This document shows positions 37,862 to 50,429 of a DNA stretch of 64,000 bases, piece by piece (position 1 is the first letter of the stretch; each line of letters begins with the position of its first letter). This DNA comes from Lama guanicoe (taxonomy: Eukaryota): contig MU054026.1 of assembly GCA_013239625.1 (NCBI GenBank), forward strand, positions 682,001 through 746,000. The letters run 5' to 3'. Made by a program: the position numbers and the translations under genes. The notes beneath the pieces were generated by a model, which had not been told where the DNA came from, made no database searches, and saw only the letters and a list, made by a program, of their open reading frames with translations.

Positions 37862-38479
37862 AAAATTCAAAAAGACACCTGCACCCCAATGTTCATAGCA
37901 GCACTATTTACAATAGCCAAGACATGGAAACAGCCTAAATGTCCATCAACAGATGACTGGATAAAGAAATTGCGGTGTGTTTATACAATGGAATACTACT
38001 CGGGCATGAAAAAGAATAAAATAATGCCATTTGCAGCACCATAGATGGACCTGGAGAATGTCATTTTAAGTGAAGTAAGCCAGAAATAGAAAGAAAAATA
38101 CCACATGATACCACTTATATGTAGAATCTAAAAAAAAAAAGGGGGGGACAAACGAACTTATTTACAAAACAGAAACAGACTCACAGACATAGAAAACAAA
38201 CTTGTGGGTACCGGGGTGGGGAGGGGAGTGGGAAGAGATAAACTGGGAGTTCGAGATTTGCAGATACTAACTAATATATATATATATAATAGATAAACAA
38301 CAACTTCATACTGTATAGCACAGGGAACCATATTCAATATCTTGTAGTAATCTAAGGTGAAAAAGACTATGAGAACGAATGTATGTATTCTATGTGACTG
38401 AAGCACTGTGCTGCACACCAAGAAACTGATACAACATTGTAAACTGACTGTACGTCAATAAAAATATATTTTAAAAAAA
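37862..38479 (+). mobile_element. 5'-truncated L1 (ORF2 end + 3'UTR, camelid-like subfamily)
   Basis: 'tgcaccccaatgttcatagcagcactatttacaatagccaagacatggaa' (ORF2 end); 3'UTR 'gggagttcgagatttgcagatactaac...ctgtatagcacagggaac...acaacattgtaaactgact...caataaaaa'. Confidence 0.92.
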
Positions 38480-38504
38480 GGATATGTGATGATGATTTAG
38501 ATAG

Positions 38505-38650
38505 TTCTGGTCTCGAATTTTTCATCTTCTATTTGCCCAAGTCATGTACCCCCATAAGCTTCCATTTTTTCTCTGTAAAACCATCCTTTTCAGGCGAGAT
38601 AATACATGTGAAGAACCTGATCCACAGTAGATGTTTAACAAGCACTAGTT
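38505..38650 (+). mobile_element. MIR fragment
   Basis: 'ctctgtaaaa...gagataatacatgtgaagaacctg...cacagtagatgtttaacaag'. Confidence 0.5.
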
Positions 38651-39214
38651 CACTTCCTTGCATTTTTTTTAAATAGCACTATTTTGGCAATACCCCATGT
38701 TCTAGTCTCCCTCTCAAAATTTGCTTACTAACACGGATTTTGTAATCACGTGTGTCAACAACTGCTGGGGAGATAGTCTTCTGACAAAGGACAACAGTTC
38801 ACACAGCAAAGCTTCTTTCCTACAATACTAATACAGAAGGTGCTAATAAACAAATATATCTGGTTACTGTCTAATAAGAAGCTGAAGATTGGCCGATGCT
38901 CCCTGTTTAATATAAATAAAAATATATCTACTTGAGACGTAAATAAGCATTTGATGAGGGTAATGAATCCTATCTTTTATGCTCAATCTACGCTTTTCTG
39001 AATATTATTTAGATATCTGTACTTCTTAAAAAATTGACTTTAATCATAGTAAACCAAGTCAAGTTCAAGTTGCCGGTCCTGACTGATGGCTCATTGGACT
39101 GACTTGACTGAAGTTTGCCTGAATTAACTCTTGGCACATACAGAGCCAGGAATGGAAATTAGCGTGGGATACTAAATGTAAATGCTATATATAAGAGATT
39201 TTTGAAAATTTATT

Positions 39215-39360
39215 TAAGTTCATAGAAACCTCTCATTTTATGAGAGGTGGAAAAAATTAGTGTCAGAGTGGTGGTGTCAAAATCACACAGAGAATTAGCA
39301 ACAAATAGGGCCAAGATTAAGACTCTTGACTTCCAGTCAAGACTCTCTTTACCACACTCC
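39215..39360 (-). mobile_element. MIR fragment
   Basis: 'ctctcattttatgagaggtggaaa...aaatcacacagagaattag...ctcttgacttccagtc...ctctttaccacac'. Confidence 0.55.
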
Positions 39361-40307
39361 CTATTTTAAGAGAAAGATTCATGGAGGGGCTTGAAAGCAA
39401 TGTCTTTTCCCAACATTCAAGACACACTGATTTCTTTAGAGAAAAGATATTTTATTTTATCTATTTATATTTAAAAATATTAAATATAGGAACACTGATG
39501 AGGCAAATGATGGGAAAGCTCTCACATTTCAGCCTCAACAATTCCACTGGAAATTTACTCTGCTAATTGGTTTTCAGGGGTTGTTACCCTGGTCAATTGA
39601 CTGCTCACTCCTTACATGGCACTACTGGATGATGGATATCTGCTCTTATCTCTTGATCTGTTACATTAATTGCCTGCTATTGATAATGTTTTGTGTAAAC
39701 AAATCCAGAGAAATAAGAGGAGTAGCCTGTTGAGAAACTTCAGGATAACAGCCCTTTCCCAATGAGAACCAAGAGGATCACAGCTCAGAATGACATCTGT
39801 CCTCATCATAAAAGGTGGCTCTGTCATGAACATTGCTCTCGGATTTATTACCAACAGCCAGAAGAATATTTTTACAAGTTTAGTGAGTAAAGGAGATTGC
39901 CCCACATCTCCTCAATGATACATATGGCAAGGTTTCAAGGAGACCTGAGAAAATACAGAGAAAGGACATAGGATTAATTACAGGATTCAATAGGAGAAAT
40001 GGACCAATGTGTCTCTAAGAACGGGTCAGGTACTGTTTCCTCTTCTGTTCTCCTTTTTATTTCCTTCGGGTACAGACCTCCAGGAGCGATCTTAAATCTA
40101 CTAACGTTGTAGGATCTCTGAGGCTTATAGATGTTTAGGGTCTGGATAATTTGGAATGTCAAGCTCAGATGAGGTACAAAGTAGGGACATCTGCTAAAAG
40201 TAGGCTTAGGAGATTAAGGCTTGAAGGACCTTTTAGATTCCCACTAGTTTGTTATGGATCATTTACTATGTACCAGACACTTCCCTAGGCATAGGGTTGG
40301 AATAGTA

Positions 40308-40763
40308 TGTAAGTTAGCTATTACTGCTAAGCCATCCTCAAACTCAGTAGGATTAAATAACAGTTATTCACTATAGCTCACGTGTCTTCAAGTCAGGAGT
40401 AGGTTTCTTGATCTTGTTTGGGCTCAGCTGAGCAGCCCTTCTGTAAGCCAGGAACTGATCTGGGCTTGCTCCACATGGAGCTCTTGGCTCAGAGCCCTCG
40501 TCCATGTATATTCATTTTTGGGTACAAGTTGAGGGTGCAGTGACTGACCGAGGAAGCCCTTCTCATGATGCCAGATGCACAAGAGGGCAGGCAGAAACAC
40601 ACAAGACCTATTAATAGGCATCAGAACATGCACACATCACCTCTGTCTCATTTTATTGGCCAACACAATGGCTTTGGCTCAGCTCAGAGTCAAGGGGCTT
40701 AGCTGTAACTTTACTTGGGGGGACAGAGGTCAAAAGTTGGTGCTAATAATGCCGTCTACCCCA
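40308..40763 (-). mobile_element. MLT1H/I-like ERVL-MaLR solo LTR
   Basis: 'tgtaagttagctattactgc...aaactcagtaggattaaataacag...atcacctctgtctcattttattggccaa...cagagtcaagggg'. Confidence 0.75.
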
Positions 40764-41059
40764 GCTGATCTGAAGACACAAAGATGGTTACTATGCAGTA
40801 CCTATCTTCAAAGAAATCATAGTAGACTAAGAAAGAGAGAAAAGCACATGTTATAGTCATACAATTTGTCGGGTGCCTGAGAGATACCCACAAGGCATCT
40901 GGGCCAGATAGCTAAGGTTGGAAAATGTATTCTGTATGTGTTTGACCAGTGGGTAAATAAATAACAGAGATCCATGGATCCAAGGTTTTGTTTTTTTTTT
41001 TTTTTGGAAAAATAATTGTTGTGTATTTGGTACAGATTCCCTTCCTCCTTCTGATTTGA

Positions 41060-41303
41060 TTTCCTTCCTTCCTTCCTTCTTTCCCTGTTTTCTTTCTTCC
41101 CTCCCTCCTTCCTTCCTTCTTTCCCTCCTTATTTTCTTCCCTCCCTCCTTTCCTTCTTCCTTCCTTCCCTCTTTCCTTCCCTCTCCCTCTCTTTCACTCT
41201 CTTTCTTCCTTCCTTCCTTTTCTTCTTCTTCATCTCCCCTTTCTCCTCCCCCTCCACCTTCTTTTCCTTCTTTTCCCCCTTTGTCTCCTTTTTCCTTCTT
41301 CCT
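41060..41303. repeat. (TTCC)n/(CT)-rich polypyrimidine repeat
   Basis: About 240 bp nearly pure C/T. Confidence 0.95.
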
Positions 41304-41885
41304 TTGCTATACATTTTGAAACCTAAGTGTGGGAAATAATGGGGCTTAGGGTTCTAATGGATTCCTTCAAATTTCCCCTTCTCCGTATGTCCACAAGTGA
41401 AAATAGTACAAAGTACTTGAATGGACAGATAGTTGAAAAGCACTTGTAGGCCAAGATTATCTGTATGTCAAGTTCACATGTGATATATTATAGATGTGTT
41501 TCCCCCCCAATTATGATCTGTACATTTTGTATTTTGCATAGACTTGACAGCGTATCATGAGACAGTCATTCTTGGGGTCTGTCTCTGCTGAACTTCTCCC
41601 TGGAAGACACTGGGGTGGCTAGAACAAGGATCCCACTTTGTCCTCGATAGTAATACGTGGATGGTCTCGTGGCTCCCTTAAGAGGTTTAGACTGCTTCAG
41701 AATTTATAAACAGGAAGATATCACAAACCCCTTTACTAGCCAACTTAAGGCGGGGCTGACCACCTGTGAGGGAGTAAGAGTGCATACTTAACTACGGGAA
41801 GTGATTTTGGAAGTCATGCCTGTTCTATGCCTTATTCACCACTGACCTCTTACTAACGTCTACTAAACTCTTCTGCAGAGCAAAC

Positions 41886-42104
41886 CAGAAGCTGGCAAAC
41901 CATGATCAATAGACCATATGACCCCATGCCTGTCTTGTAAATACAGTTTTAATGGCACACAGCCACACCCATTTATTTACACATTGTCCACGTCTATTCT
42001 TGTGTTACAATAGCAGTGTTGAGTACTTGTGACAGGAACTACAGAGCCCGAAAAGCCAAAAATATTTACTGTCACCATTTATGGACAAAGTTGGCCGACC
42101 TCTG
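41886..42104. mobile_element. MER58A hAT-Charlie element
   Basis: 'cag..gctggcaaac...ttgtaaatacagttttaatggcacacagccacacccattt...aaagccaaaaatatttact...aaagttggccgacctctg'. Confidence 0.85.
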
Positions 42105-42404
42105 TGTTAGAGACCCATTCCTTTGGGCTCAACTTTCTTATCCAGTTGAAACATAAATACTGTGGAGGGGTTCTCTTTACTTACAGGAGGGGGAAACTGC
42201 AGGGAATACAAACACTCTTGGAGGATGAGGTGCAAAAAGACTTCTTAATATGAGTTGACTTTTCCCCTACTGTACATTCAAATATGATATTCCCCACTAT
42301 TTCCTTGTTGAGCCCATTATTTCTCAATACCATCATTATTATTCAAGTGACTTAACAGGTTGAGGGCTCTCAGAATAAACTGTTTTCATGCGGATGTAGT
42401 AAGA

Positions 42405-42575
42405 AGTGAAAAGAACTGAGCCTCTTTTGAATTTCAGCAATGCCACTTGATAGTGAAGAAAACTTGAGCAAGTTACTTAATCCTCTGAGGTTCAGTTTCC
42501 TTGTATTGTTGTCAATTTCATATTGCTGTAGAAATTGTTCTGAGTATTAAATACCATAACATATGCAATAAGTAA
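42405..42575 (+). mobile_element. MIR fragment
   Basis: 'cttgagcaagttacttaatcctctgaggttcagtttcc...tgagtattaaata'. Confidence 0.7.
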
Positions 42576-43254
42576 AAAAAAAACACCTCATGAAGAATAG
42601 AAAAATATATAGCAGATTTGAGAAGAAAGAATGTCAAGCCACAGACATGAGAATTAGCTGTCAAGCTTAGAGATGAAAAATGCAGTCACTAAAATTTAAA
42701 AATCTTAATTGAATATTATGCTAGTATTAAGAAAAGGATTAAATTCAGATGTATAAACCTATGAATTTAAAAAACATAAATACAATACTGAGTGGAAAAA
42801 GTTACTGAATGATGTGTATACTTTATGCTAATTATAAAAGTTTGACAATAAGCAAAACAGCATTATATGTTTCAATCTTCTTATACAATATGTGTGATAT
42901 TTTCTTACTTAAAAGTAAAAAAATCTGAAGGAACAGCAAAATGCTATCATTTTTTAACGTATTCCTCAGACATTTTATTTTGCTGAGTGAGTTGGTGTCA
43001 GAGGAACGGGTTGCTTTTGAATTGGAAAGACTCCTGAATTGAATGTGTAGAGACCCGAAGATCTGCCTCAGTTCTGTCACCAGTGGAGTGTCTGATAATG
43101 GATAGTGGCCATTATGATTCTTAAATGCTTTACTATTTCTAAAGAATTTCATGGGTTATCTCATTTAATCCTTACAAAAGCCAGATCCGGGGGGGAGGTA
43201 ATTTGCTGAGTCATTGACAGTGAAGCTATGTTTTGTACTGAGTCAAAGGAAATC

Positions 43255-43349
43255 TAAATATAAGATGCCCAGTTAAAATATAAATGCCAGAAAAACAACT
43301 GTTTTTTAGGCTAAAAATGTCCTATGCGGTGATTTATCTGGCAGCCCCG
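43255..43349. mobile_element. MER53-like hAT fragment (internally deleted)
   Basis: 'aaatataagatgcccagttaaa...aaacaac...tttttag...atgtcc...atctggcagccc'. Confidence 0.6.
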
Positions 43350-44484
43350 TGAATATCGCACAACTGTAAACAACAAAAGCAGTTCTGTCATATTAACTCC
43401 TGATTTCAGGCCCAGGTTCCCTCCACTTTATTAGAACTGTGTCTCCAGTCATCCATTCAATGTTGATTCTTTAATGTATAGAAAAAAATTACTGAACACC
43501 TAGTTTTAAGGAAAGAGCACCAGGATATATTTAGCCTTAAGAAAGTCACTCAGGTGACTGAATGAAGAAATTGCTCAGAGATCAGTTGGATCCAAGAGCA
43601 AGATGCAGGCGGGCTGGGAGACCAGTGAGGAGGATGATGTTGGGTGGACATTATTGCAGATCACCGAGAAAGGAAACCTAGGGGCAGAGCAGGTTTTCCC
43701 TGGGGGAATTGAGTCCCGATAAGCATGGATTTTAAATGTGCTGAACTCATAGCACGCGGGATACTAAGGTTGGGAAGTCCAGTAGATGGTGTGAGTAATG
43801 AGCATGAAGATTAGGTAGAGACCTGAGTAGGAGAGATGGAGTCAGGAGTCATTAATATTTGGCTGGCAGTGGAGAGTACTGGTTGTGAAATGACTTAAAA
43901 CCAGGGGTTCTGAGGGCACACAGGGAAAAAGCAGAATTTGGGATGGGCCAAACGAGGGTGCTCTCTGAGTTAAAGGCTTCAGTGAATAAGGGTGAATCAT
44001 GGTAGATACCAATAATGAGGAAGTTATTTAAAAGCATATGATTAGATGGAAAGAACCACAGGACTGGCCTGAGCAAGTAGTTCTCAGTGTTGGTGGTTCT
44101 GGGTTTGTTAGGATTTTATACGGGGTGTGATATTTACTTAAATAGATTTGTCATTGTTCCTAATATGTGCTGACTAGACACTTCTCTTTGGGGTCTCACA
44201 TCTATTTCTACCCAGTTCCATCCATCACGCACAGAATCACTTATTTGCTTGGATAGTGTTGCCTTCTGAGTTTTCCTTTTTCTGAGTCAATAGGGCTGAG
44301 AGCTAATGTGCACTTCACAAATACTGCTCGGAAGGGGCTCGGGGCATGAGTTGGAAAGATATTTCCCTTTCACTAAAAGATATACCATAATAATTCATTT
44401 CTCTTATATGACTCTTAAAGACAGACACTCCCAGATTAAAGATGGACCTAAAAACACATACCTATGCATTTTAAGTCAGATCAG

Positions 44485-45030
44485 CCCAAGTCATAAACAG
44501 TTCTTGAACACCTATTTTGAGCCCGGCACTACGCTGTGCTGTCTAGGAGAAAGGAAGAAACATGACACATAATTATGCTCTTATTTACAGTGAATTAGGG
44601 AGAGCAAAACTGAGTCGGCAAACAACAAATGGGATAAACACATGCTATTTCTCAATGATTAAAGAAAAGGTGTTGCAAAGTATAGCTTCATTAATGGAAA
44701 AATGAACTATACAGACAGGAATTGGCATGAATTTTGAAGGAAAAGTGAGATAATTTGAGGCTATGAGGTAAAGAGAAGACTATGAGGGCGAAAGTTCATT
44801 TGATCTTAGATCTTAGTTTCTTAGACGAGTGTCTTAAAGTGTATGTAGGATTTGAATGTACGGCAAAGATTAGGAAGACATCATGTAAGGTGACTGAGTA
44901 TGGTCTGAACATAGAGATAAGGTACATGGCGTGTCCATAGTAACAGAGGAATGAATGGAAATATGAGAAGTCAGAGCCCGATGATGGAGATTTTAGAAGC
45001 AAAGCTTGAGGAGTTGGACTACTCCACAGA
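44485..45030 (-). mobile_element. L2 fragments
   Basis: 'ttcttgaacacctattttgagcccggcact...gctgtgct' and 'gagaagtcagagcc...ggagattttagaagcaaagcttgaggagttggact'. Confidence 0.5.
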
Positions 45031-45544
45031 CAAAATCTTTACCCAGGACGGGAGGACATAGTTAGAACTCTGATATATGGAGACACTTTTAGTAAGAATA
45101 AAGAAAGAGGAAAGCATGACGGCCAGGTGACCATGAGAAATGATGAGAATACAGCAGACCCCGAGTGAGTGGGTCTGAGCAGATGCAGGGCAGCAGGAGA
45201 AGGCTAGAGAAACACTGAGCTGAAAAGAGTCAGCTGAATCACAAGTGTCAGGGGTCTTCCTCTGCCCCATGCACCGTTTTCTCATGGCCATGGCACCATT
45301 TTGTACTTCTCCCATAATATTGCAGACTTGGCTGTTTGTTATCTCTCAGCTCTTTCTATAAATGCTCCAGGAATTTTCTATCATATTATATTTTCTTCTT
45401 CTCATTGTAAAACCAATTACTATTCCAAAATATCTTACTCCGTCTTTAGTCATTCATTTATTTGCTTGTTTATAGTCTGACTCAGTTGATAAAACGTTAA
45501 GTTCTTCAAACAGAGTCTTTGGCTGCAATGATTCATGGCTATAA

Positions 45545-45632
45545 TCTGCAGCGCCAAGAATAATCACTGGCACATAGTAGATGCTCAATAAATGCTTATT
45601 GATGAAAGATGAAAGAATGACAGAGAAAGAAT
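45545..45632 (+). mobile_element. L2 3' terminus
   Basis: 'ctggcacatagtagatgctcaataaatgcttattgatgaaagatgaaagaatga'. Confidence 0.75.
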
Positions 45633-46057
45633 GCAATGTTGTAAGCTTAATTTCTGGAGTCAGTTTCCCACAGTATTATATGTGTAGGACCTGATAATGA
45701 GTTGATGCTTTAGGGACTGCAAATCGAGGTTTTGGTGCTGATGACTAGGGGAAATGTCACCCTCGGGAAATTAAATGTTATGTCAGAGAGCAGATATAAG
45801 AATATTTATTCCTTAATCCCGAGAGCCTATAAGACTACTTTAGAATTCCTTTCACTCTATTGAAAGTGTTTCCTACAGGCTCTGATATACCAGCAATATC
45901 TCCAAGGCCCCCTTTCTTCTAATGCTAATACACTATGATTTTAATTTACTGAATTTATCATCCAAATCAATATTCTTTTCATATAAATGCTCAGCTAAGG
46001 TAGCCACACACTTATTCCACTGAAACTTCCAATATCTTCAATATTTAGGAATGTTAT

Positions 46058-46705
46058 TGAGACAGGAAGAGGGCAGGGCACAGCCATTCAAGGAATGCTA
46101 TAGCAGTTAACATCAGAATAGTGGAAGATTCAACCTCCAGGAGGCCTTAAGGCTCGAGATAGTGGGAGATTTAACTTCTGGTAGACCTTGAGCTTCATTA
46201 TATGCCCATTGTAATATATTAACAAGGTGAATAACACGCCCACAGGTGCCATGGCAGTCCCAAGGCTAGCCATAAAAGGTCAAAGAGTGGGAAATGGCCA
46301 TCTTCCTGGGAATCCCAGCCCCTTCCCCAGGCTGGCTAGACTGGTCACTCCACTTATTTGCGTATGAAGCCACCAAGCCCACAAAAATGGGCAATATTGC
46401 TATCTCACGCTCTCTCTCTCTTTCTCCCCCACCCTTCAGAGACAGCCCACACTCTGTCTGTGGAGTGAGTACCAACTTTTACTCTAATCTGAGCACCCAA
46501 CGCCCACACCTCATGGCCTTTCTCTTGCCTTTTGATGTATCTCTCTAAATAAATCTACCTTTATTCAACTGTGGGACTGGGCTTGCTCTTGAATTCTTTC
46601 CTGCTCAAAGCCAAGGACCCACACTCAGTGGGGCAGGTCCCAGGGGCTCAACTGAGATCTGGGACACAGCCCTCCTCATGCCCCACGTCCGTTTTTCCTG
46701 CATCA
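46058..46705 (+). mobile_element. ERV1-like solo LTR, 648 bp
   Basis: tgagacagg...ctgcatca; flanks ttat/ttaa; 'aaataaatct...cttgctcttgaattctttcctgctcaaagccaaggaccc' is a typical ERV1 U5. Confidence 0.85.
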
Positions 46706-47917
46706 TTAATGTCAGGGCCAATACCCATTGCCTGTTTCAAGAACCACATGATTAAACATATCTTATAAGTTTATACACTTTGGTTTTTGTTTAAAGTCTT
46801 ATGATAGAAACCACTCACTTTTAAAAATGATCTTTGGGACTCCTGATAAGGTTGAATCAGATTTCTTCAATGTAATCAGATTTTCTACAGTAAGAAGTCA
46901 GAAGAGTAAACTGAACTTCATGTTAAACTATTTATTTGTGACTAACCAAGCATCGACTGAGTCAAGATAGAAGTCTGCGATTTATTTATATCTCTTGCAC
47001 AGGGTAAAAATAAGGTCTTAAATAGAAGGCATCTGAAGCATTTCAGCAAACATGTATTTCAATCTGATGGATGGCCTCCCACAAACTGATATTGGGGAAG
47101 ATTAGGGTTAAAGGGCATTCATATCCCTAAGGGGAAGTGAAGATCACAGGTTATCCTGTCTGTCAACAGGCAGAACAGATTCCTTCCATGAAGGTGGAAG
47201 GGAGAGCAGCTGAGTAACTGCTGTCAGAGTGACTAGAGGGATGAAATTGCCACTTTATCTAAGTAGTCTTCAGTTATGCTTAGATAGAAGAGGCAGAAGT
47301 CCAATTACGATTGCAAAAAGAATATGGTTTCCTGCTCCAAAAAGATTTTGTTTTTAATGCATTCACAGCTTTCGGAGATATTTTTAGCAGAAGTCTAAAC
47401 ATGCCATGGTGATGTTGAGGGGGGGAAGAAAAGGCTTTAATAGTCCTGTTAAAGTGTACCTATGATTTAAATCCACACAAAGCTGAATATGAATGGTCTG
47501 AGAGGCTACAATGGGAGCATGATTTGAGGAGCATAAGGAGGGGAGGAAGTAAAAAGTAAAAAAGGAAGCAACAGCTCAGCGGGAAGAGAATGGGGACAAA
47601 GCAGACTGGGACTTCCAAAAAGAGCTGTGCTTAACTTCACAACTTGACTCTTCTGAAAAGAGACTCTGGAAACCAAGAAGAATTACCATAACCATGGTTC
47701 TCTTCTCCTCTACAAAGTCCTACAGTCCAGCTTGAGAAAATTCTCCTGATGTAGAAAGAAGTTAGATAAAGATCCCATGGGGTGAAGCAACAGTGATATG
47801 ATCATGGGCTTCCTCCTCCACAAGGACCAGCTACCAAAACTTAAGGCAGTGGGATCAGTCCATCCACTGTGAGCCACATCAAGACGTGTCTCAGTGGCCT
47901 TAGCAGGAGTGTTATCA

Positions 47918-48271
47918 TGAGTGAAGGGGCAAAGCCCACAAAGGGACCAGCAAGACCTCCCAGGCAGGGCCATTGCCTTCCTGCTTTTTGCGCTTTGGTA
48001 AAACGGCTTGCTTCTAGGAAAATGAAACTTACCCCTAAAATTCCATTGGTTCCCAAAAGCTCACTCTTGATTGGTCCATTTCTAATACCTCATTTGCATA
48101 TGGCATGAACTTAATCGAAACCTAAAACCTTATAAAACCCTGTGTAAACCTACAGATGGGGTCCAGAGCTTGGAGTGTTAACTCCTCTGGGCCCACTGAC
48201 ACAATAAACCTGAGTTCTACAAACTTCCTGGTGTTGCTTGGTCTCCCAGAGGGATTCAGGTTGCTGTCATA
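47918..48271 (+). mobile_element. ERV solo LTR, 354 bp, perfect 6-bp TSD; shorter relative of 11775-12234
   Basis: TTATCA at 47912-47917 and 48272-48277; ATTGG, ATTTGCAT, TATAAAA and AATAAA in LTR order; reverse-complement homology to ~11775-12123. Confidence 0.88.
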
Positions 48272-48880
48272 TTATCAAGGGAGCAATTGGTATTCCTTAG
48301 AAACTGAAGACTCCTCAGCCTATTGAACACAGACTTGAAGAGAGCTACAAGGCAAAAGAAGAAATTTATGACTCTACCCTATTAAATAATCTTCTGAGAT
48401 GTTTATAAACACCTGATGTTTTCTCTGAGTAAAAACACCAAGATTTTTCTCTTTCACATGACATCAAAGTGGCTTGACTCTAAAAATCCCTGTGGAGCTC
48501 TGGCATGGAGTCTCTGGATGGTGTTGACAGCATCTTGGAGAAACCGTGGTCCTCATCTGATTCTATTGCTGTTACAAGGCAAATCCCATCCAGTCCGGTG
48601 AACTATTAACAAATGGCACTGATTAATTTCTAACTGATGATGATGATAATGATGGTGATGGACTCAGCTGATTCAAAAAGAAATATAAATATATTTCAAA
48701 TTATATTCAGCCTTCAACAGGAGTCTTTCTTGAAAATGAAGAGGTCACATTTTTCTCCATACTCTGTGAAAGAATGCTTTCAGTCTCCCATTTTATGTAT
48801 AACAATTCTAGAATAAGATATCATTGATACTTACATTTACTGTTAATTACCAATCAGTTCTGAGCTGCATAAAGAAATGG

Positions 48881-49183
48881 TTTATAGAATACAGCCTTGT
48901 GATTGCCAGAGGGGAAGGGGGTGGGAAGGGACAGACTGGGAGTTCAAGATCTGTAGATACTGACAGGCATATAGATAACAGAATAGATAAACAAGATTAT
49001 ACTGTGTAGCACAGGGAAATGTATACAAGATCTTGTGGTGGCTCACAGCAAAAAAAGAATGTGACAATGAATATATGAATATATGTTCATGTATAACTGA
49101 AAAATTGTGCTGTACGCTGGAAATTGACACAACATTGTAAAATGACTATGACTCAATAAAAAATGAAAAGAAATGCATTAGTA
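48881..49183 (+). mobile_element. L1 3'UTR fragment (camelid-like) with 10-bp TSD
   Basis: 'gggacagactgggagttcaagatctgtagatactgac...ggaaattgacacaacattgtaaaatgactatgactcaataaaaa'; TSD aaagaaatgg at 48871-48880 and 49184-49193. Confidence 0.9.
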
Positions 49184-49777
49184 AAAGAAATGGAAAATTT
49201 AAACAGTCTGTCAGTCTTGGTGCAAAAATAACTTCTTTTTTTCCTAACAGCACGGATTAGAGAAGTATGCTGAAATACAGATTTTTAACTTCCTACCCAA
49301 CGCGCACATCTCGTTTCAGTCTCTAGGAACCTTAAACTTTAGCGTGTACTGGGCTTTCTCTTGAATGCTCACAATCACTGATTCTCTCTTCCAAGCTCCC
49401 TAAGTCACAAATGAGAGAGAGAATTTCCATGTGTGGTTGGGAAATTTCCTTTTATTGGCTGGAGTTGTGCAGGCTGGAAATAGCTCTTTCCAAGTAGTCT
49501 GGAAATGATTCTAAAACTTGGGCAGAGAGAGGGGAACATGAGGTCGCATAGCGGGGTGTCTGCGCATGACAAACAACACGGAGGTGGTGCACAGACACAT
49601 TTTATCCTAGGAAAAGAAAGCAAATTTAGTACAAATAAGTTCAACATTTATTCAAGTGTGTCTAATGTACAGGGGAGGAAGTGATAACTTTATGCCTTGT
49701 CGTTAAAGAGTAGAATATTAGGACTCTTTAATTTTCATTTTCTTACAATTAGCCTGCATAATAGGCAGAACAACCAG

Positions 49778-50290
49778 CAATTCATTCATTCATTGGGTTT
49801 TCCTTTGAGCATTCACTACGCGTCAGGCCCTGAGACAAGGTGTGCTGTTTCAAGGCAGAATCAAATACCATCCTTACCTGCAAGGAGCTCCTCTAGCTTG
49901 AAGGAAAGGAGGTGTATAAATCATCACTTGGGGTGGTGAGATGAGTGAGGGAGTGGTTTGTAAAGTCCTTGGGGAAGTACCAAGAATAAAAGTGCCCATC
50001 AGCCAGATGGGGCACAAAGTGTCAAGGAGGAGGCGATAAGTCAAGTCAAAGACAGGCAGGAGTTTATCAAGCAAGTGGGCTAGAGGTTGACAGGTGCAGG
50101 GATGCAGGCGCCATGCAACCATGGTGACTGACAGGCTGTAAGAATTCTAGTGTGATTGCAGTAAGTATCTTTTTGAGGGCAGTGATGTGCTTTGAGGTTA
50201 GAAAGGTAGGCAGGCACCAAGTCATGGAAGACTTCTCTTGTCAGGCACAAGGATTTGAACATGATGTGGTTTCCAACGGTATCAAGTGCG
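49778..50290 (-). mobile_element. L2 fragment
   Basis: 'ttcattcattcattg...ttgagcattcactacgcgtcaggccctg...aggagctc' and 'gcaccaagtcatggaagacttctcttgtcaggcacaaggatttgaac'. Confidence 0.65.
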
Positions 50291-50429
50291 AGAGCTCTTC
50301 TTAAAATCACATTCTTTTCGGTTTTTGTTTTTTTGTCTACACACGACGTGATACAATAGTTACTAAATGAGAAAATATACAACGATTCGAAGCTAGAATT
50401 CTTCAGCCCTGCGCTTTCAGGAATTTACC

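Noticed and set aside
41056..41319. Ser/Pro/Phe-rich and Lys/Glu/Arg-rich ORFs
   Set aside because: Translations of a (TTCC)n simple repeat.
11775..48271. One 36-kb provirus or composite transposon bounded by the two related LTRs
   Set aside because: The LTRs are inverted, each has its own TSD, and the interval is ordinary ancient genomic DNA.
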